From a virus (lineage: Duplodnaviria > Heunggongvirae > Uroviricota > Caudoviricetes), in the IMG/VR virus record IMGVR_UViG_3300008114_000011: a DNA stretch of 64,000 bases; one strand, given 5' to 3'. The notes beneath the pieces are model-generated. The model saw only the letters and a program-made list of their open reading frames with translations, searched no databases and had not been told where the DNA came from. The translations under genes were made by a program, and so were the position numbers. Of the stretch, positions 16,004 through 24,420 are shown piece after piece; position 1 is the first letter of the stretch; every line of letters begins with the position of its first letter.

Positions 16004-16216
16004 ATGAAAAAGTTAATTAAAGAATATGAGAAGCTCAATCCTGGGTGTAAGATTAAGTACATACCTGAAAATTTTGCTTCTATTGAAATTTATAATAGTG
16101 GTGGATTAATTGCTATATTAGAGCCATTTGAATTGAGAGTGGAAGTGGAAAGAATGGTGAAAAATAAAGCTGAAGTTCGTGATAAAAAACTTAGTGAGTT
16201 ACTTGGAGAAAATTAA
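16004..16216 (+). CDS. small protein with ELGI-type tail variant
   Basis: 70 aa; C-term EVRDKKLSELLGEN. Confidence 0.55.
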   Translation: MKKLIKEYEKLNPGCKIKYIPENFASIEIYNSGGLIAILEPFELRVEVERMVKNKAEVRDKKLSELLGEN

Positions 16217-16308
16217 AACTAACGGTTATGGAGATATAAAGATTAACAACATTATAGAAACTAATTGAAAAAATTATTATCTTTGATGTGTAAATTAAAA
16301 CCACCAGA

Positions 16309-16638
16309 ATGGCATCATCCAGAAAACGAAGACTTAAAATTAAAAAAGGTGAAACTCATAAGAGTATAGAAATTAAATATTGTAAGCCAGAAATATCTAT
16401 ACAACATACTCGTGAATATTCAAAGATATTTGTTGAATGGGAAGATAAAAACGAAAAATCAGAAGATCTACGTAGAGAAGGTAAATACCATATAGTGTCA
16501 TATACTTATAGAAATAAACAAGAGTTGGATGATAATATCCAAAAGATCTCCGACTTAAAGAATATATTCCCATATCTAAGTATAAAATCATCACTTATTA
16601 AGTATTTGAAAACTCTAAGACCATTATCATATGTTTAA
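16309..16638 (+). CDS. hypothetical basic protein
   Basis: N-term MASSRKRRLKIKKGE resembles 18100 (MSSKKRRQALRK) and 20609 (MASKKARKKLRPK). Confidence 0.5.
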   Translation: MASSRKRRLKIKKGETHKSIEIKYCKPEISIQHTREYSKIFVEWEDKNEKSEDLRREGKYHIVSYTYRNKQELDDNIQKISDLKNIFPYLSIKSSLIKYLKTLRPLSYV

Positions 16639-16870
16639 AAAGGGAGATATATTAATTGCTAAAACGAGCTCAATTTATAATAACCATAATAAATTGACTA
16701 TTGGTAAAGAATATGTAATAAAAAATACATATGGTGGTCTAAATATTTATGATGATACTTTAAAAGCTTGGTTCTTTTCTCCAGATGAATATGATATTCA
16801 TTACTATGGGAAATTCTTTTATACCAAAGAGGAGTTGAGAGATATGAGATTATCCACTTTACTTGAATAA
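16631..16870 (+). CDS. small protein with ELGI-type tail variant
   Basis: 79 aa; C-term EELRDMRLSTLLE. Confidence 0.55.
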   Translation: MFKKGDILIAKTSSIYNNHNKLTIGKEYVIKNTYGGLNIYDDTLKAWFFSPDEYDIHYYGKFFYTKEELRDMRLSTLLE

Positions 16871-16930
16871 AATTGATAATATTTTATTTATATATTTTTC
16901 TTTGAAAAGAATTTTGAAATGATAGATATT

Positions 16931-16968
16931 TCATTATTCTTCATCATTATTTTCTGGTATCATATTAC
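16931..16968. repeat. 38-nt exact repeat (partner 10911..10948), orphan gene-end fragment
   Basis: Identical to the 3' end of - strand gene 10914..11210, but here intergenic. Confidence 0.85.
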
Positions 16969-16987
16969 TATTAAACTCCAACCTGCT

Positions 16988-17560
16988 TTATACACATACT
17001 TGAAGAAGTGAACCTTTATTTAATAATACTACTAATTTACCATCAATATTTAACCAATTATTCATGATGGTTTCTTTACTCCATTCCCACGCCTCCTTCT
17101 TGTATATATTCAATAAAAAACCATATCTCTCAAAAAACGACCAGATTGAAGTGCTTACGTAAATTCGTCTATCTCTACTTTTATCATAAAAAATTATATT
17201 GTCACCTGGATTATACCTATAAAGAACACATCCAGGGTGATCCTTACTCTCAACTTTTTCCATATCAGAAAAGTTTTTATTTAACCAATCAATACATACA
17301 TTCTCTATTGGTTTATCAGTAACTATAATTCCTTTACTTGTTTTATGAGAGTAATATCCTTCCTCTTCTATCCATGATTTTAAATGGTTTATTTTATCTT
17401 CACTAGGTTCTTCACTAAATTCAAATAAACGAAACATAGATGTATCTCCGTACTTCTCATCAAAGGTAACCTCATCAACCTCTATTGGATCTAAAGCAGA
17501 TGTTACAATCCATTTAGGATCTTCTCCATCGAAGTTTTCAAATAATTTTAAGTATTTCAT
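16988..17560 (-). CDS. MKYLK-head family protein
   Basis: 190 aa; N-term MKYLKLFENFDGE. Confidence 0.6.
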   Translation of the reverse strand: MKYLKLFENFDGEDPKWIVTSALDPIEVDEVTFDEKYGDTSMFRLFEFSEEPSEDKINHLKSWIEEEGYYSHKTSKGIIVTDKPIENVCIDWLNKNFSDMEKVESKDHPGCVLYRYNPGDNIIFYDKSRDRRIYVSTSIWSFFERYGFLLNIYKKEAWEWSKETIMNNWLNIDGKLVVLLNKGSLLQVCV

Positions 17561-17690
17561 ATTTCTATATATTATTTATTAAATGATTCAGATGGATAGA
17601 TTCATTAAATTTTCTTATCTTCATAAAGTATATATTAACTTTGTTTATTCTAAAAAAATTCATATCTTTATATAAACTAAAAATAGAATT

Positions 17691-17798
17691 ATGAAATTGT
17701 CTCCATTTACCTCATTAGTAATTAGTATGATATTCACCATCATTTGTACAATGGTCGTATTATCACATATACACCAAAACTTCCCTAATTGTAAATAA
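17691..17798 (+). CDS. possible 35-aa membrane peptide (below ORF-track cutoff)
   Basis: MKLSPFTSLVISMIFTIICTMVVLSHIHQNFPNCK; hydrophobic core; fills a gap. Confidence 0.35.
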   Translation: MKLSPFTSLVISMIFTIICTMVVLSHIHQNFPNCK

Positions 17799-17800
17799 TC

Positions 17801-17914
17801 ATGAAAGAAGGAGTACAACCATGGCATATCATTTTATCAGTAGTTCCACTGGTTATTACCGTCATAATTCTAATATTCATAGTACTCAAAAGAATATCAA
17901 AAGACTTAGATTAA
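17801..17914 (+). CDS. possible 37-aa membrane peptide (below ORF-track cutoff)
   Basis: MKEGVQPWHIILSVVPLVITVIILIFIVLKRISKDLD; ends 1 nt before next ATG. Confidence 0.35.
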   Translation: MKEGVQPWHIILSVVPLVITVIILIFIVLKRISKDLD

Positions 17915-17915
17915 A

Positions 17916-18098
17916 ATGAAAGGAATAAACAATATTAAATCAACCTCATCAGTAGATAAATTTACCGATGATGTATGTGTTTTTAGAGAACATAATGAAC
18001 TAAGACTTGAGTTCGATTGTCAAGAAACAATCATTCTCACATTAACAAAAGAACAATCAGAACAAATGATTCTTATGTTAGAGAAAATGTATAAATAA
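17916..18098 (+). CDS. hypothetical small protein
   Basis: 60 aa ORF in chain. Confidence 0.45.
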   Translation: MKGINNIKSTSSVDKFTDDVCVFREHNELRLEFDCQETIILTLTKEQSEQMILMLEKMYK

Positions 18099-18099
18099 T

Positions 18100-18399
18100 A
18101 TGAGTTCTAAGAAACGGAGACAAGCATTAAGAAAATGCTCACACCCTATGAATATATTAGAGGGTAAAGGCGTAAAGTTTACATCCGGCCCATGGGAAGG
18201 TTGTGATGCAAATATAGGACGTAGAAGTAAAAAGGGTATTTGGGACATAACGGTTCGATACCCGAAAAATGGGTCTTATCAAACCAATATTTGGTGGGAT
18301 CTTCATAAAATAAAAGATAAACACCTATTTGAATATTCAGAAGATGTTAGAATACTTCTGAGAGATGTTAGATTAGCAAACTTATTAAAAACTTATTAA
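18100..18399 (+). CDS. basic protein with ELGI-type tail variant
   Basis: N-term MSSKKRRQALRK; C-term LLRDVRLANLLKTY. Confidence 0.55.
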   Translation: MSSKKRRQALRKCSHPMNILEGKGVKFTSGPWEGCDANIGRRSKKGIWDITVRYPKNGSYQTNIWWDLHKIKDKHLFEYSEDVRILLRDVRLANLLKTY

Positions 18400-18400
18400 A

Positions 18401-18637
18401 ATGAAAACACAAATAACAATAGATGTTAGTGCTCACCTACCTAATGGTAAGTTTATAGGTGATGAACAATTAAAAATGATTATATGGCAATTTGAGAATA
18501 TTGGTGGGAAATATATTAATTCTCAATATATCAGACCAGAAAATCTTTCTCAACAGCCTTATTATAGTTCAACATTTGAATTTGAGTGTAAGGAAGATCC
18601 TTCATTCTTCACCCCATTAAGTATGAAAGTTATTTAG
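18401..18637 (+). CDS. hypothetical small protein
   Basis: 78 aa ORF starting 2 nt after upstream stop. Confidence 0.5.
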   Translation: MKTQITIDVSAHLPNGKFIGDEQLKMIIWQFENIGGKYINSQYIRPENLSQQPYYSSTFEFECKEDPSFFTPLSMKVI

Positions 18638-18676
18638 ATTTTAATCATTTTTATTTGAAAAGAGTAACAAAGTTAC

Positions 18677-18684
18677 TATATTTG
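18677..18684 (+). promoter_or_regulatory. -7 box TATATTTG
   Basis: TAnnTTTG 16 nt upstream of ATG 18700. Confidence 0.45.
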
Positions 18685-18699
18685 TAAAAGAGTTAAACT

Positions 18700-19062
18700 A
18701 TGAATACCACCAATATTTTAAATAAGTTAAAAGATTTCTTAGAGAAACATGATTATGTAAAAGATGCATTCCCTGAAATCTTAGAGAAACATAATGTAAC
18801 CAATATTAAATCAGAGTTCGCTGATAAACTGGATACAATAACAGATCCATTCGAAAGACTTATAGTAGGAATGCATATGGTGGACCTCATCGATGAAGAC
18901 CAGGCAGATGATCAAGTCCTATCCGACCTAAATGAAAGACACCAATCTCTTATTAAGGTTTGGTTATATATGAATGATAACAAAATACAAAGAGCAGAAG
19001 AATCTTTAAGAGTATATCTGGCTCAGATAAGAGATTCGAGACTTACACATTTAGGTATATAA
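18700..19062 (+). CDS. ELGI-tail family protein
   Basis: 120 aa; C-term AQIRDSRLTHLGI. Confidence 0.6.
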   Translation: MNTTNILNKLKDFLEKHDYVKDAFPEILEKHNVTNIKSEFADKLDTITDPFERLIVGMHMVDLIDEDQADDQVLSDLNERHQSLIKVWLYMNDNKIQRAEESLRVYLAQIRDSRLTHLGI

Positions 19063-19074
19063 TCTATTAAAACT

Positions 19075-19332
19075 ATGAAATTCGAAATAGACTTCAACGA
19101 TACTCATTACCAAAATGATGATCTCCTAATAAAATTAGGAGCCAAATTAGTACCCACTGGAAGTACTAAATATCCACCATTTGAAGTATTCGAAATTGAA
19201 ATCGATAGTTTAGATAAACTAAAAGATATTACTGAGATCGTAGATGAAGAACTCTACGCAATATCAAGTTTAGTTATATCATTTGATCCAGCAACTATAT
19301 TTATAGATTTCATGGAGAAAAAGAGATACTAA
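19075..19332 (+). CDS. hypothetical acidic protein
   Basis: 85 aa ORF. Confidence 0.5.
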   Translation: MKFEIDFNDTHYQNDDLLIKLGAKLVPTGSTKYPPFEVFEIEIDSLDKLKDITEIVDEELYAISSLVISFDPATIFIDFMEKKRY

Positions 19333-19667
19333 TGGATTATAGTACAGATTTAAATACTTTTACTAGCCAAAAAGTATTCAACTATGGTACTGATTGCCAA
19401 TTTTACCATGAGTTAAAGTCGCATTATGAGTGGAATATAACTCTTGATGGGTTTTATGATGATGAATACTCTGGTTGGAGATGGTCTATTAATATTAGTT
19501 ATCCAGGTGGAACTATGATGTGTGGTGGTTATGGAGATAATAATGAGATTCTATTTAAAACATATAAGGATGCTTTAGAATACGCAATTGAAATTATCTG
19601 TGGAAACAGATCTGATGGTAAAGAATTAAGAAGAGATATGAGATTAAAATTAATATTAGAATTATGA
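19332..19667 (+). CDS. hypothetical protein with degenerate tail
   Basis: 111 aa; C-term ELRRDMRLKLILEL. Confidence 0.55.
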   Translation: MDYSTDLNTFTSQKVFNYGTDCQFYHELKSHYEWNITLDGFYDDEYSGWRWSINISYPGGTMMCGGYGDNNEILFKTYKDALEYAIEIICGNRSDGKELRRDMRLKLILEL

Positions 19668-19822
19668 ATATATTCCAAATAAGAGAAATAATTGCTGAGA
19701 GTGGTAGACTAAAAGTTAAAGAAGTATTAGAATACTTTGAAAGTCTTCACCCTCAAGCTGATCCTAAAATCGTGGAGGAACAAGCTAAAGAAATGATTAA
19801 AGAAGCTAAAAAATACATATAA
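19664..19822 (+). CDS. possible 52-aa protein (below cutoff)
   Basis: ATGA-coupled; MNIFQIREIIAESGRLKVKEVLEYFESLHPQADPKIVEEQAKEMIKEAKKYI. Confidence 0.4.
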   Translation: MNIFQIREIIAESGRLKVKEVLEYFESLHPQADPKIVEEQAKEMIKEAKKYI

Positions 19823-19823
19823 A

Positions 19824-20084
19824 ATGAAAAATGTAATCTTAGGTGGTCTTATCACCATCATAACACTCGCTCTATTTAGTTATACAACAACTGATAATAG
19901 TCGCACCAATTATAATCATAGAACGATTTACAACATCCCTCTTAAACAAAGGAGAGTAATTACAACGAATGATATCAAAGTAGTAAATAAACTCGTTAAA
20001 GGAGGTTATAGAGTCGAATTCGTTACAGAGAATTGGTATAATAGTAATGGATCAGAAACAACTTATACTCTAATCTTATACTAA
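19824..20084 (+). CDS. secreted or membrane-anchored small protein
   Basis: N-term MKNVILGGLITIITLALFSY. Confidence 0.5.
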   Translation: MKNVILGGLITIITLALFSYTTTDNSRTNYNHRTIYNIPLKQRRVITTNDIKVVNKLVKGGYRVEFVTENWYNSNGSETTYTLILY

Positions 20085-20086
20085 AG

Positions 20087-20251
20087 ATGAAAAAATTAAT
20101 TTATTCACCAGCCATTTCACTAATACTACATATTTTTATGTTTTATATGTTGTGGTTTTATTGGTCACTTCCAATGATTATAGTTTGGTCTATTTTTCTT
20201 GTAATTTACAATGAGAGAAGATACAATTGGAAAAAGTCCAGAAAATACTAA
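20087..20251 (+). CDS. possible 54-aa membrane protein (below cutoff)
   Basis: MKKLIYSPAISLILHIFMFYMLWFYWSLPMIIVWSIFLVIY...; stop codon lies inside the 26-bp palindrome. Confidence 0.4.
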   Translation: MKKLIYSPAISLILHIFMFYMLWFYWSLPMIIVWSIFLVIYNERRYNWKKSRKY

Positions 20252-20271
20252 AATCCGCACGTTTTTTAGTA
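20246..20271. repeat. 26-bp palindromic element, copy 1 (core TCCGCACGTT)
   Basis: TACTAAAATCCGCACGTTTTTTAGTA; 8-bp perfect outer arms. Confidence 0.9.
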
Positions 20272-20364
20272 TTTTACTACGTAAAAATCTAAACTAAGTT
20301 TAGTATACCTGAGCTTGTGAAATCCAGATAAAATGCTTATCTTTGTTAATAATAATTTTATTAT

Positions 20365-20598
20365 ATGACAAAGTCCGAAATATTCAAATCTCAATTTCCC
20401 GATTTTTGTGGAACTCTTGGTTTCTATACTGAAGATTGCCAAATGGTAAACTTCATCGATGTTGAATCTGATATAGTTGAATTTGCAACATTAGTACCTA
20501 TGAGTTGTTCTAAAACCAAAGCACATTCAATTACATTATCCGAACTACTTGATGAAATGCCGGATAATGATTTTGAAAAATTCCTTGAAATTTTTTAA
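20365..20598 (+). CDS. hypothetical acidic protein
   Basis: 77 aa ORF downstream of a promoter-like TATCTTTG. Confidence 0.5.
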   Translation: MTKSEIFKSQFPDFCGTLGFYTEDCQMVNFIDVESDIVEFATLVPMSCSKTKAHSITLSELLDEMPDNDFEKFLEIF

Positions 20599-20608
20599 AT
20601 TATAAGAT

Positions 20609-20965
20609 ATGGCATCTAAGAAAGCTAGAAAAAAGTTAAGACCCAAAGAAGATAAACAAAATTATCTAAAAGCTTATGTTTCATGGGACTTTGGGTTTAA
20701 ATCATTCAGAATATTAAATCGTGATAATTTTGATGTTATTTCAGAAAGAAAACTAATTAAAGATGGTAAACAATGCTGGTTTGATCTATCTAACGTTAAA
20801 GATGAAGTTGAAAGATATGCCACAGAAAGAGATTTATCTACATGGGGTTTAGGAGAATTATACCAATGTATCGATGATGAAGGGTTTAGTTATTCACATA
20901 AAGATCCTAACTTAGAAGGAGTTAAATCAAAGGCGAAACAAAAATCAATTATATTGATAGATTAA
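20609..20965 (+). CDS. hypothetical basic protein
   Basis: N-term MASKKARKKLRPKEDKQ. Confidence 0.5.
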   Translation: MASKKARKKLRPKEDKQNYLKAYVSWDFGFKSFRILNRDNFDVISERKLIKDGKQCWFDLSNVKDEVERYATERDLSTWGLGELYQCIDDEGFSYSHKDPNLEGVKSKAKQKSIILID

Positions 20966-20977
20966 AATATAATACAT

Positions 20978-21163
20978 ATGAAAGTAAGAAAAGGTGATAG
21001 TGTTAAGTTATTAAACGGCTTTAAAGAGACTATAAATGAAATTGATGTACATAAAGGTAAATTCAATATAAATGGTGAATATAATTATATGTCATTTATT
21101 ATTGCTGATATTATAGAATTAAATGGCGTAGATGTTAGATATAATACAAATTTGACTTTTTAA
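20978..21163 (+). CDS. hypothetical small protein
   Basis: 61 aa ORF. Confidence 0.45.
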   Translation: MKVRKGDSVKLLNGFKETINEIDVHKGKFNINGEYNYMSFIIADIIELNGVDVRYNTNLTF

Positions 21164-21174
21164 AAAAATAAACT

Positions 21175-21330
21175 ATGATAGCAATTATTCTTATACCAAT
21201 AATAATCACCAGTTTCCTTATCGGGAAATATACAGAGAGATTTCAATGGAATAAACTAATCAAATTAGGTAGAATTCCTAAACCAAATAACCCTAATCTA
21301 AATCATTCAGATTATTGGGCAAATAACTAG
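21175..21330 (+). CDS. possible 51-aa membrane protein (below cutoff)
   Basis: MIAIILIPIIITSFLIGKYTERF... Confidence 0.35.
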   Translation: MIAIILIPIIITSFLIGKYTERFQWNKLIKLGRIPKPNNPNLNHSDYWANN

Positions 21331-21432
21331 ACTAAACAAACTAAAACATAAATATATGGAATACTTAGCTTATACATTTTTTGGAATGGTTATATACATT
21401 CTTGCTTATTTACTATTAAAACCTGAGAAATA

Positions 21433-21657
21433 ATGAATTTAGCAGACCAAATGAAAGCTGATATTAACTTTAATAAGATAATATCACAACTACAAAGAGA
21501 ATTCTCTTCCGGTAAATCTCAAGTTCTTATTGATAGCAACCTTTTAGAGAATAACATACAACGCCTTAGAGACGAAGGCTTCCATGTTGATACTGATGGT
21601 TTCCAATATAATGGTGGTGCCTACGTTTCATTCAAGAAGAAAAATCAATGGATGTAA
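21433..21657 (+). CDS. hypothetical small protein
   Basis: 74 aa ORF. Confidence 0.5.
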   Translation: MNLADQMKADINFNKIISQLQREFSSGKSQVLIDSNLLENNIQRLRDEGFHVDTDGFQYNGGAYVSFKKKNQWM

Positions 21658-21664
21658 ATCAGAT

Positions 21665-21982
21665 ATGATTAAAAATCCAAAATTTACTCAGATTGGTGAA
21701 GAAGTTCATGATGATATAATTGAACTAATTCAGGATATTACTGTTTCTGGTATTCATTATTCTTCAAAGCCATATAGTAATTGTGAAATCAAAATAAAGA
21801 GTATTCTACTTACACTCGTATTTGGTAAATGGTCATATCTTATCAATTATGAAATAGGTGATAAAAATATGAATTTCTATACTTCTGAGAGACATAGTTC
21901 ATTAGATAATAAAATTGAAGAATATTTAGATAAACATATGACCCAAATAATAAGGGATGAGAAAATAAGAGAAATACTTTGA
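21665..21982 (+). CDS. protein with degenerate ELGI-type tail
   Basis: ATG 21665 preferred over overlapping upstream start; C-term QIIRDEKIREIL. Confidence 0.5.
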   Translation: MIKNPKFTQIGEEVHDDIIELIQDITVSGIHYSSKPYSNCEIKIKSILLTLVFGKWSYLINYEIGDKNMNFYTSERHSSLDNKIEEYLDKHMTQIIRDEKIREIL

Positions 21983-21984
21983 AA

Positions 21985-22410
21985 ATGGTCTTTACCATGT
22001 CAATGAAACAAAAAACAAACCAAATGATTAACACACGTATCTTCAATATAAAGTCATTTAAAGGGTTCACCTTAGGTAAAGAGTATCTTATATTAGATAA
22101 CTCACCAGGGACTAAGAAATCACACGAAATCATTGGCTCAAATGATCATGACTGGATAGCATTCCACTATCAATATGATGGATATGTAAGTCCATATGAG
22201 TATTTTGATTACCTATCTAAAAGGAACGCTATGCGTAAAAAGAAAATAGGCAAACAAAAGAATGAAAAGAAAGAAAGATTCTATATCATAGATGATTTTG
22301 GAAAAAGAAGATCATTCACAAGAAATGAATTAAATATGATATTCACTAATAATAGTGATGATATAACTTTAGAAATACGTAACGCTAAACTAAATACTTT
22401 AAATATATGA
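21985..22410 (+). CDS. protein with ELGI-type tail variant
   Basis: ATG 21985; C-term EIRNAKLNTLNI. Confidence 0.5.
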   Translation: MVFTMSMKQKTNQMINTRIFNIKSFKGFTLGKEYLILDNSPGTKKSHEIIGSNDHDWIAFHYQYDGYVSPYEYFDYLSKRNAMRKKKIGKQKNEKKERFYIIDDFGKRRSFTRNELNMIFTNNSDDITLEIRNAKLNTLNI

Positions 22411-22577
22411 TAGATTTATTAGAAATAATACTTATAGTAGGATTATTGGTATTCACATTTTTTCTTTTTACCACACTTTGGTTATTAATTAAATACCCAA
22501 AGTATGCAAATAAAATGATAAGTAAAATGATATGGGGTAAAGAGTGGGTTAAAAAGAATAAAAAACTAAATCCATAA
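22407..22577 (+). CDS. possible 56-aa membrane protein (below cutoff)
   Basis: ATGA-coupled; MIDLLEIILIVGLLVFTFFLFTTLWLLIKYPKY... Confidence 0.4.
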   Translation: MIDLLEIILIVGLLVFTFFLFTTLWLLIKYPKYANKMISKMIWGKEWVKKNKKLNP

Positions 22578-22736
22578 GAAGTTGTTTTTATGAAATAAAA
22601 ACCCTACTCACTTGTGAGAGTCATATAAAATGACTATCTTTATAATGTCAATGAGAACATCGAAGACGGGTCCGTATAACTCCAATACGTAGAGGGTAAA
22701 CTCCAACCTGCTTATATAAATAATAAAACAAATAAA

Positions 22737-22762
22737 TACTAAAAAACGTGCGGATTTTAGTA
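22737..22762. repeat. 26-bp palindromic element, copy 2 (inverted core)
   Basis: TACTAAAAAACGTGCGGATTTTAGTA, the exact reverse complement of copy 1. Confidence 0.9.
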
Positions 22763-22780
22763 TTTTGTCTCATTTTTATT

Positions 22781-22788
22781 TATATTTG
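22781..22788 (+). promoter_or_regulatory. -7 box TATATTTG coupled to palindrome copy 2
   Basis: ttatatttgtataaactaaa; same string follows copy 4 at 23981. Confidence 0.5.
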
Positions 22789-22834
22789 TATAAACTAAAT
22801 GTTATGGCTAAAACTAATACTAAATTAAATAGAA

Positions 22835-23041
22835 ATGGAAAAGTTTTTTAAAATACTAATAATAGTTTGTGCAATATTTATAGTTGTGAATAATTACCAA
22901 AATGGAATTGATAAAAATTACCCAATAATGCAATTAGGTGTAACATCTTTATGGATGTTGGTATCTTTTATTCTGTATAAAAGTATTAATAGTAAAGGTA
23001 AACTAAAAAGAAAACCTTTAAATTTTGAGGAAAAATACTAA
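22835..23041 (+). CDS. small membrane protein
   Basis: FFKILIIVCAIFIVV and LGVTSLWMLVSFILY hydrophobic segments; stop inside palindrome copy 3. Confidence 0.5.
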   Translation: MEKFFKILIIVCAIFIVVNNYQNGIDKNYPIMQLGVTSLWMLVSFILYKSINSKGKLKRKPLNFEEKY

Positions 23042-23061
23042 AAAACGTGCGGATTTTAGTA
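23036..23061. repeat. 26-bp palindromic element, copy 3 (inverted core)
   Basis: TACTAAAAAACGTGCGGATTTTAGTA. Confidence 0.9.
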
Positions 23062-23080
23062 TAATCTAAACAAAGTTTAG

Positions 23081-23088
23081 TATATTTG
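23081..23088 (+). promoter_or_regulatory. -7 box TATATTTG coupled to palindrome copy 3
   Basis: Preceded by CTAAAC-aaa-GTTTAG mini-palindrome, also seen at 20290 and 25445. Confidence 0.5.
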
Positions 23089-23107
23089 TTCTACAAAACA
23101 AGTTCCT

Positions 23108-23386
23108 ATGAAAACTACCGAAGAATATAAAATGGATACTTTCCGTATGTGGGAAGGAGACTGCCACCCAGCTATATACAAGAAAAATAAAAAAGGTGAA
23201 TGGGATTACCTATTCCTCGTCAGTAGCAAAGAAGAGGGACAGGCATACCTGGAAGACCACTCCACCATAAAGAGACGATACATTCAGGACCGCGTACTAA
23301 TCTACACCCTTTTCGTGATACCAGCGTCAGCTCTGTTGTTATGGTCAATAATAGTAGGTATATTGGCAGTAACCGGGAATATGTAA
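23108..23386 (+). CDS. small C-terminally membrane-anchored protein, GC-rich allele
   Basis: C-term LIYTLFVIPASALLLWSIIVGILAV; visibly GC-rich relative to flanks. Confidence 0.55.
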   Translation: MKTTEEYKMDTFRMWEGDCHPAIYKKNKKGEWDYLFLVSSKEEGQAYLEDHSTIKRRYIQDRVLIYTLFVIPASALLLWSIIVGILAVTGNM

Positions 23387-23421
23387 TCAAGATTTAATGT
23401 AGGTAAAATTATTTTATTAAA

Positions 23422-23715
23422 ATGAAAACACATTTGACTAACCCCAAGACAAATAAAACATTAGTCTTGGACCACAATATAGAACAGACTGTTTTTGATT
23501 CAATATTTAATGATTCAAAAGAATTGTTTTATAATAAACAAGAAGAAATTGAAGAAATATATGGTGTTTCTTTTGATTTATGTGATTTGAAAATTGATGG
23601 TGAATTATTATATGGTTATTTTATCAACGATTTAACTTCAGATGAAATTTTAGAAGAAATATTTAACGATTTAAATAAATTCATCATAGATAATATTGGA
23701 GAAGTAATAAACTAA
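23422..23715 (+). CDS. hypothetical acidic protein
   Basis: 97 aa; stops inside an out-of-frame ELGI junction remnant. Confidence 0.5.
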   Translation: MKTHLTNPKTNKTLVLDHNIEQTVFDSIFNDSKELFYNKQEEIEEIYGVSFDLCDLKIDGELLYGYFINDLTSDEILEEIFNDLNKFIIDNIGEVIN

Positions 23716-23731
23716 AAGAATTAGGAATATG
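23712..23731 (+). repeat. out-of-frame or non-coding copy of the ELGI junction
   Basis: ctaaaagaattaggaatATG encodes L-K-E-L-G-I in a frame closed upstream; supplies the ATG of 23729. Confidence 0.55.
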
Positions 23732-23932
23732 GACCAACAAATGAATATTATATGTATAGCTGAAGGTACTTACAAAATAACTAAAGGCAAGACCTACCAA
23801 GTAAACGCACATTCAACTCACCAATATTGGATCATAGATGATGAAGGTCATATGCAATTGATAGGTAAAGACTTTTTCAGAACACAACAAGAAATAAGAG
23901 AAGAGAAGTTAAATGAACTTGGAATAATCTAA
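23729..23932 (+). CDS. ELGI-tail family small protein
   Basis: 67 aa; NIICIAEG...QEIREEKLNELGII. Confidence 0.65.
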   Translation: MDQQMNIICIAEGTYKITKGKTYQVNAHSTHQYWIIDDEGHMQLIGKDFFRTQQEIREEKLNELGII

Positions 23933-23947
23933 ATTTTACTAATAAAA

Positions 23948-23973
23948 TACTAAAATCCGCACGTTTTTTAGTA
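23948..23973. repeat. 26-bp palindromic element, copy 4
   Basis: TACTAAAATCCGCACGTTTTTTAGTA. Confidence 0.9.
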
Positions 23974-23982
23974 TTTATTTCT

Positions 23983-23990
23983 TATATTTG
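23983..23990 (+). promoter_or_regulatory. -7 box TATATTTG coupled to palindrome copy 4
   Basis: cttatatttgtataaactaaa. Confidence 0.5.
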
Positions 23991-24012
23991 TATAAACTAA
24001 AAATAAACAACC

Positions 24013-24177
24013 ATGATAACCTTATTCAAAAAACTATTCAATAAAGATTGTAATCACAAGTGGGAACTTGTACAAAACGATAAAAAACTAAATATCAAAG
24101 TCCACCAATGTGACAATTGCAATAAAAGAAAATTAAATGTATCAACATCATTCGGTAATGAAGTAATTGAATTATAA
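24013..24177 (+). CDS. possible 54-aa Cys/His protein (below cutoff)
   Basis: MITLFKKLFNKDCNHKWELVQNDKKLNIKVHQCDNCNKRKL... Confidence 0.4.
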   Translation: MITLFKKLFNKDCNHKWELVQNDKKLNIKVHQCDNCNKRKLNVSTSFGNEVIEL

Positions 24178-24182
24178 TCTTA

Positions 24183-24250
24183 AAGGTTAGATACAAACCT
24201 AATCAGCGTCCATCTCCATAATCCAATAGGAGGCAAATATATCTAACCTT
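24183..24250. repeat. long hairpin, 11-bp perfect arms
   Basis: AAGGTTAGATA ... TATCTAACCTT. Confidence 0.8.
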
Positions 24251-24281
24251 CAATGAAACTAAGGCATTGAGCCAAGATGCT

Positions 24282-24420
24282 GTTAGTGTGCGTTATTTAT
24301 TAGTAGAATGGCTTGAGGGCAACCCTATTATCGAATGTTTAGAGTATTGGAGTAATCTACCTAAATACGAAGGTTTTAAAATAGAACACACTATTTGTCG
24401 TATTACTAATGCACACTAAC
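24282..24420. repeat. long hairpin, 10-bp perfect outer arms plus inner arms
   Basis: GTTAGTGTGC...ATTAGTA // TACTAAT GCACACTAAC. Confidence 0.75.
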
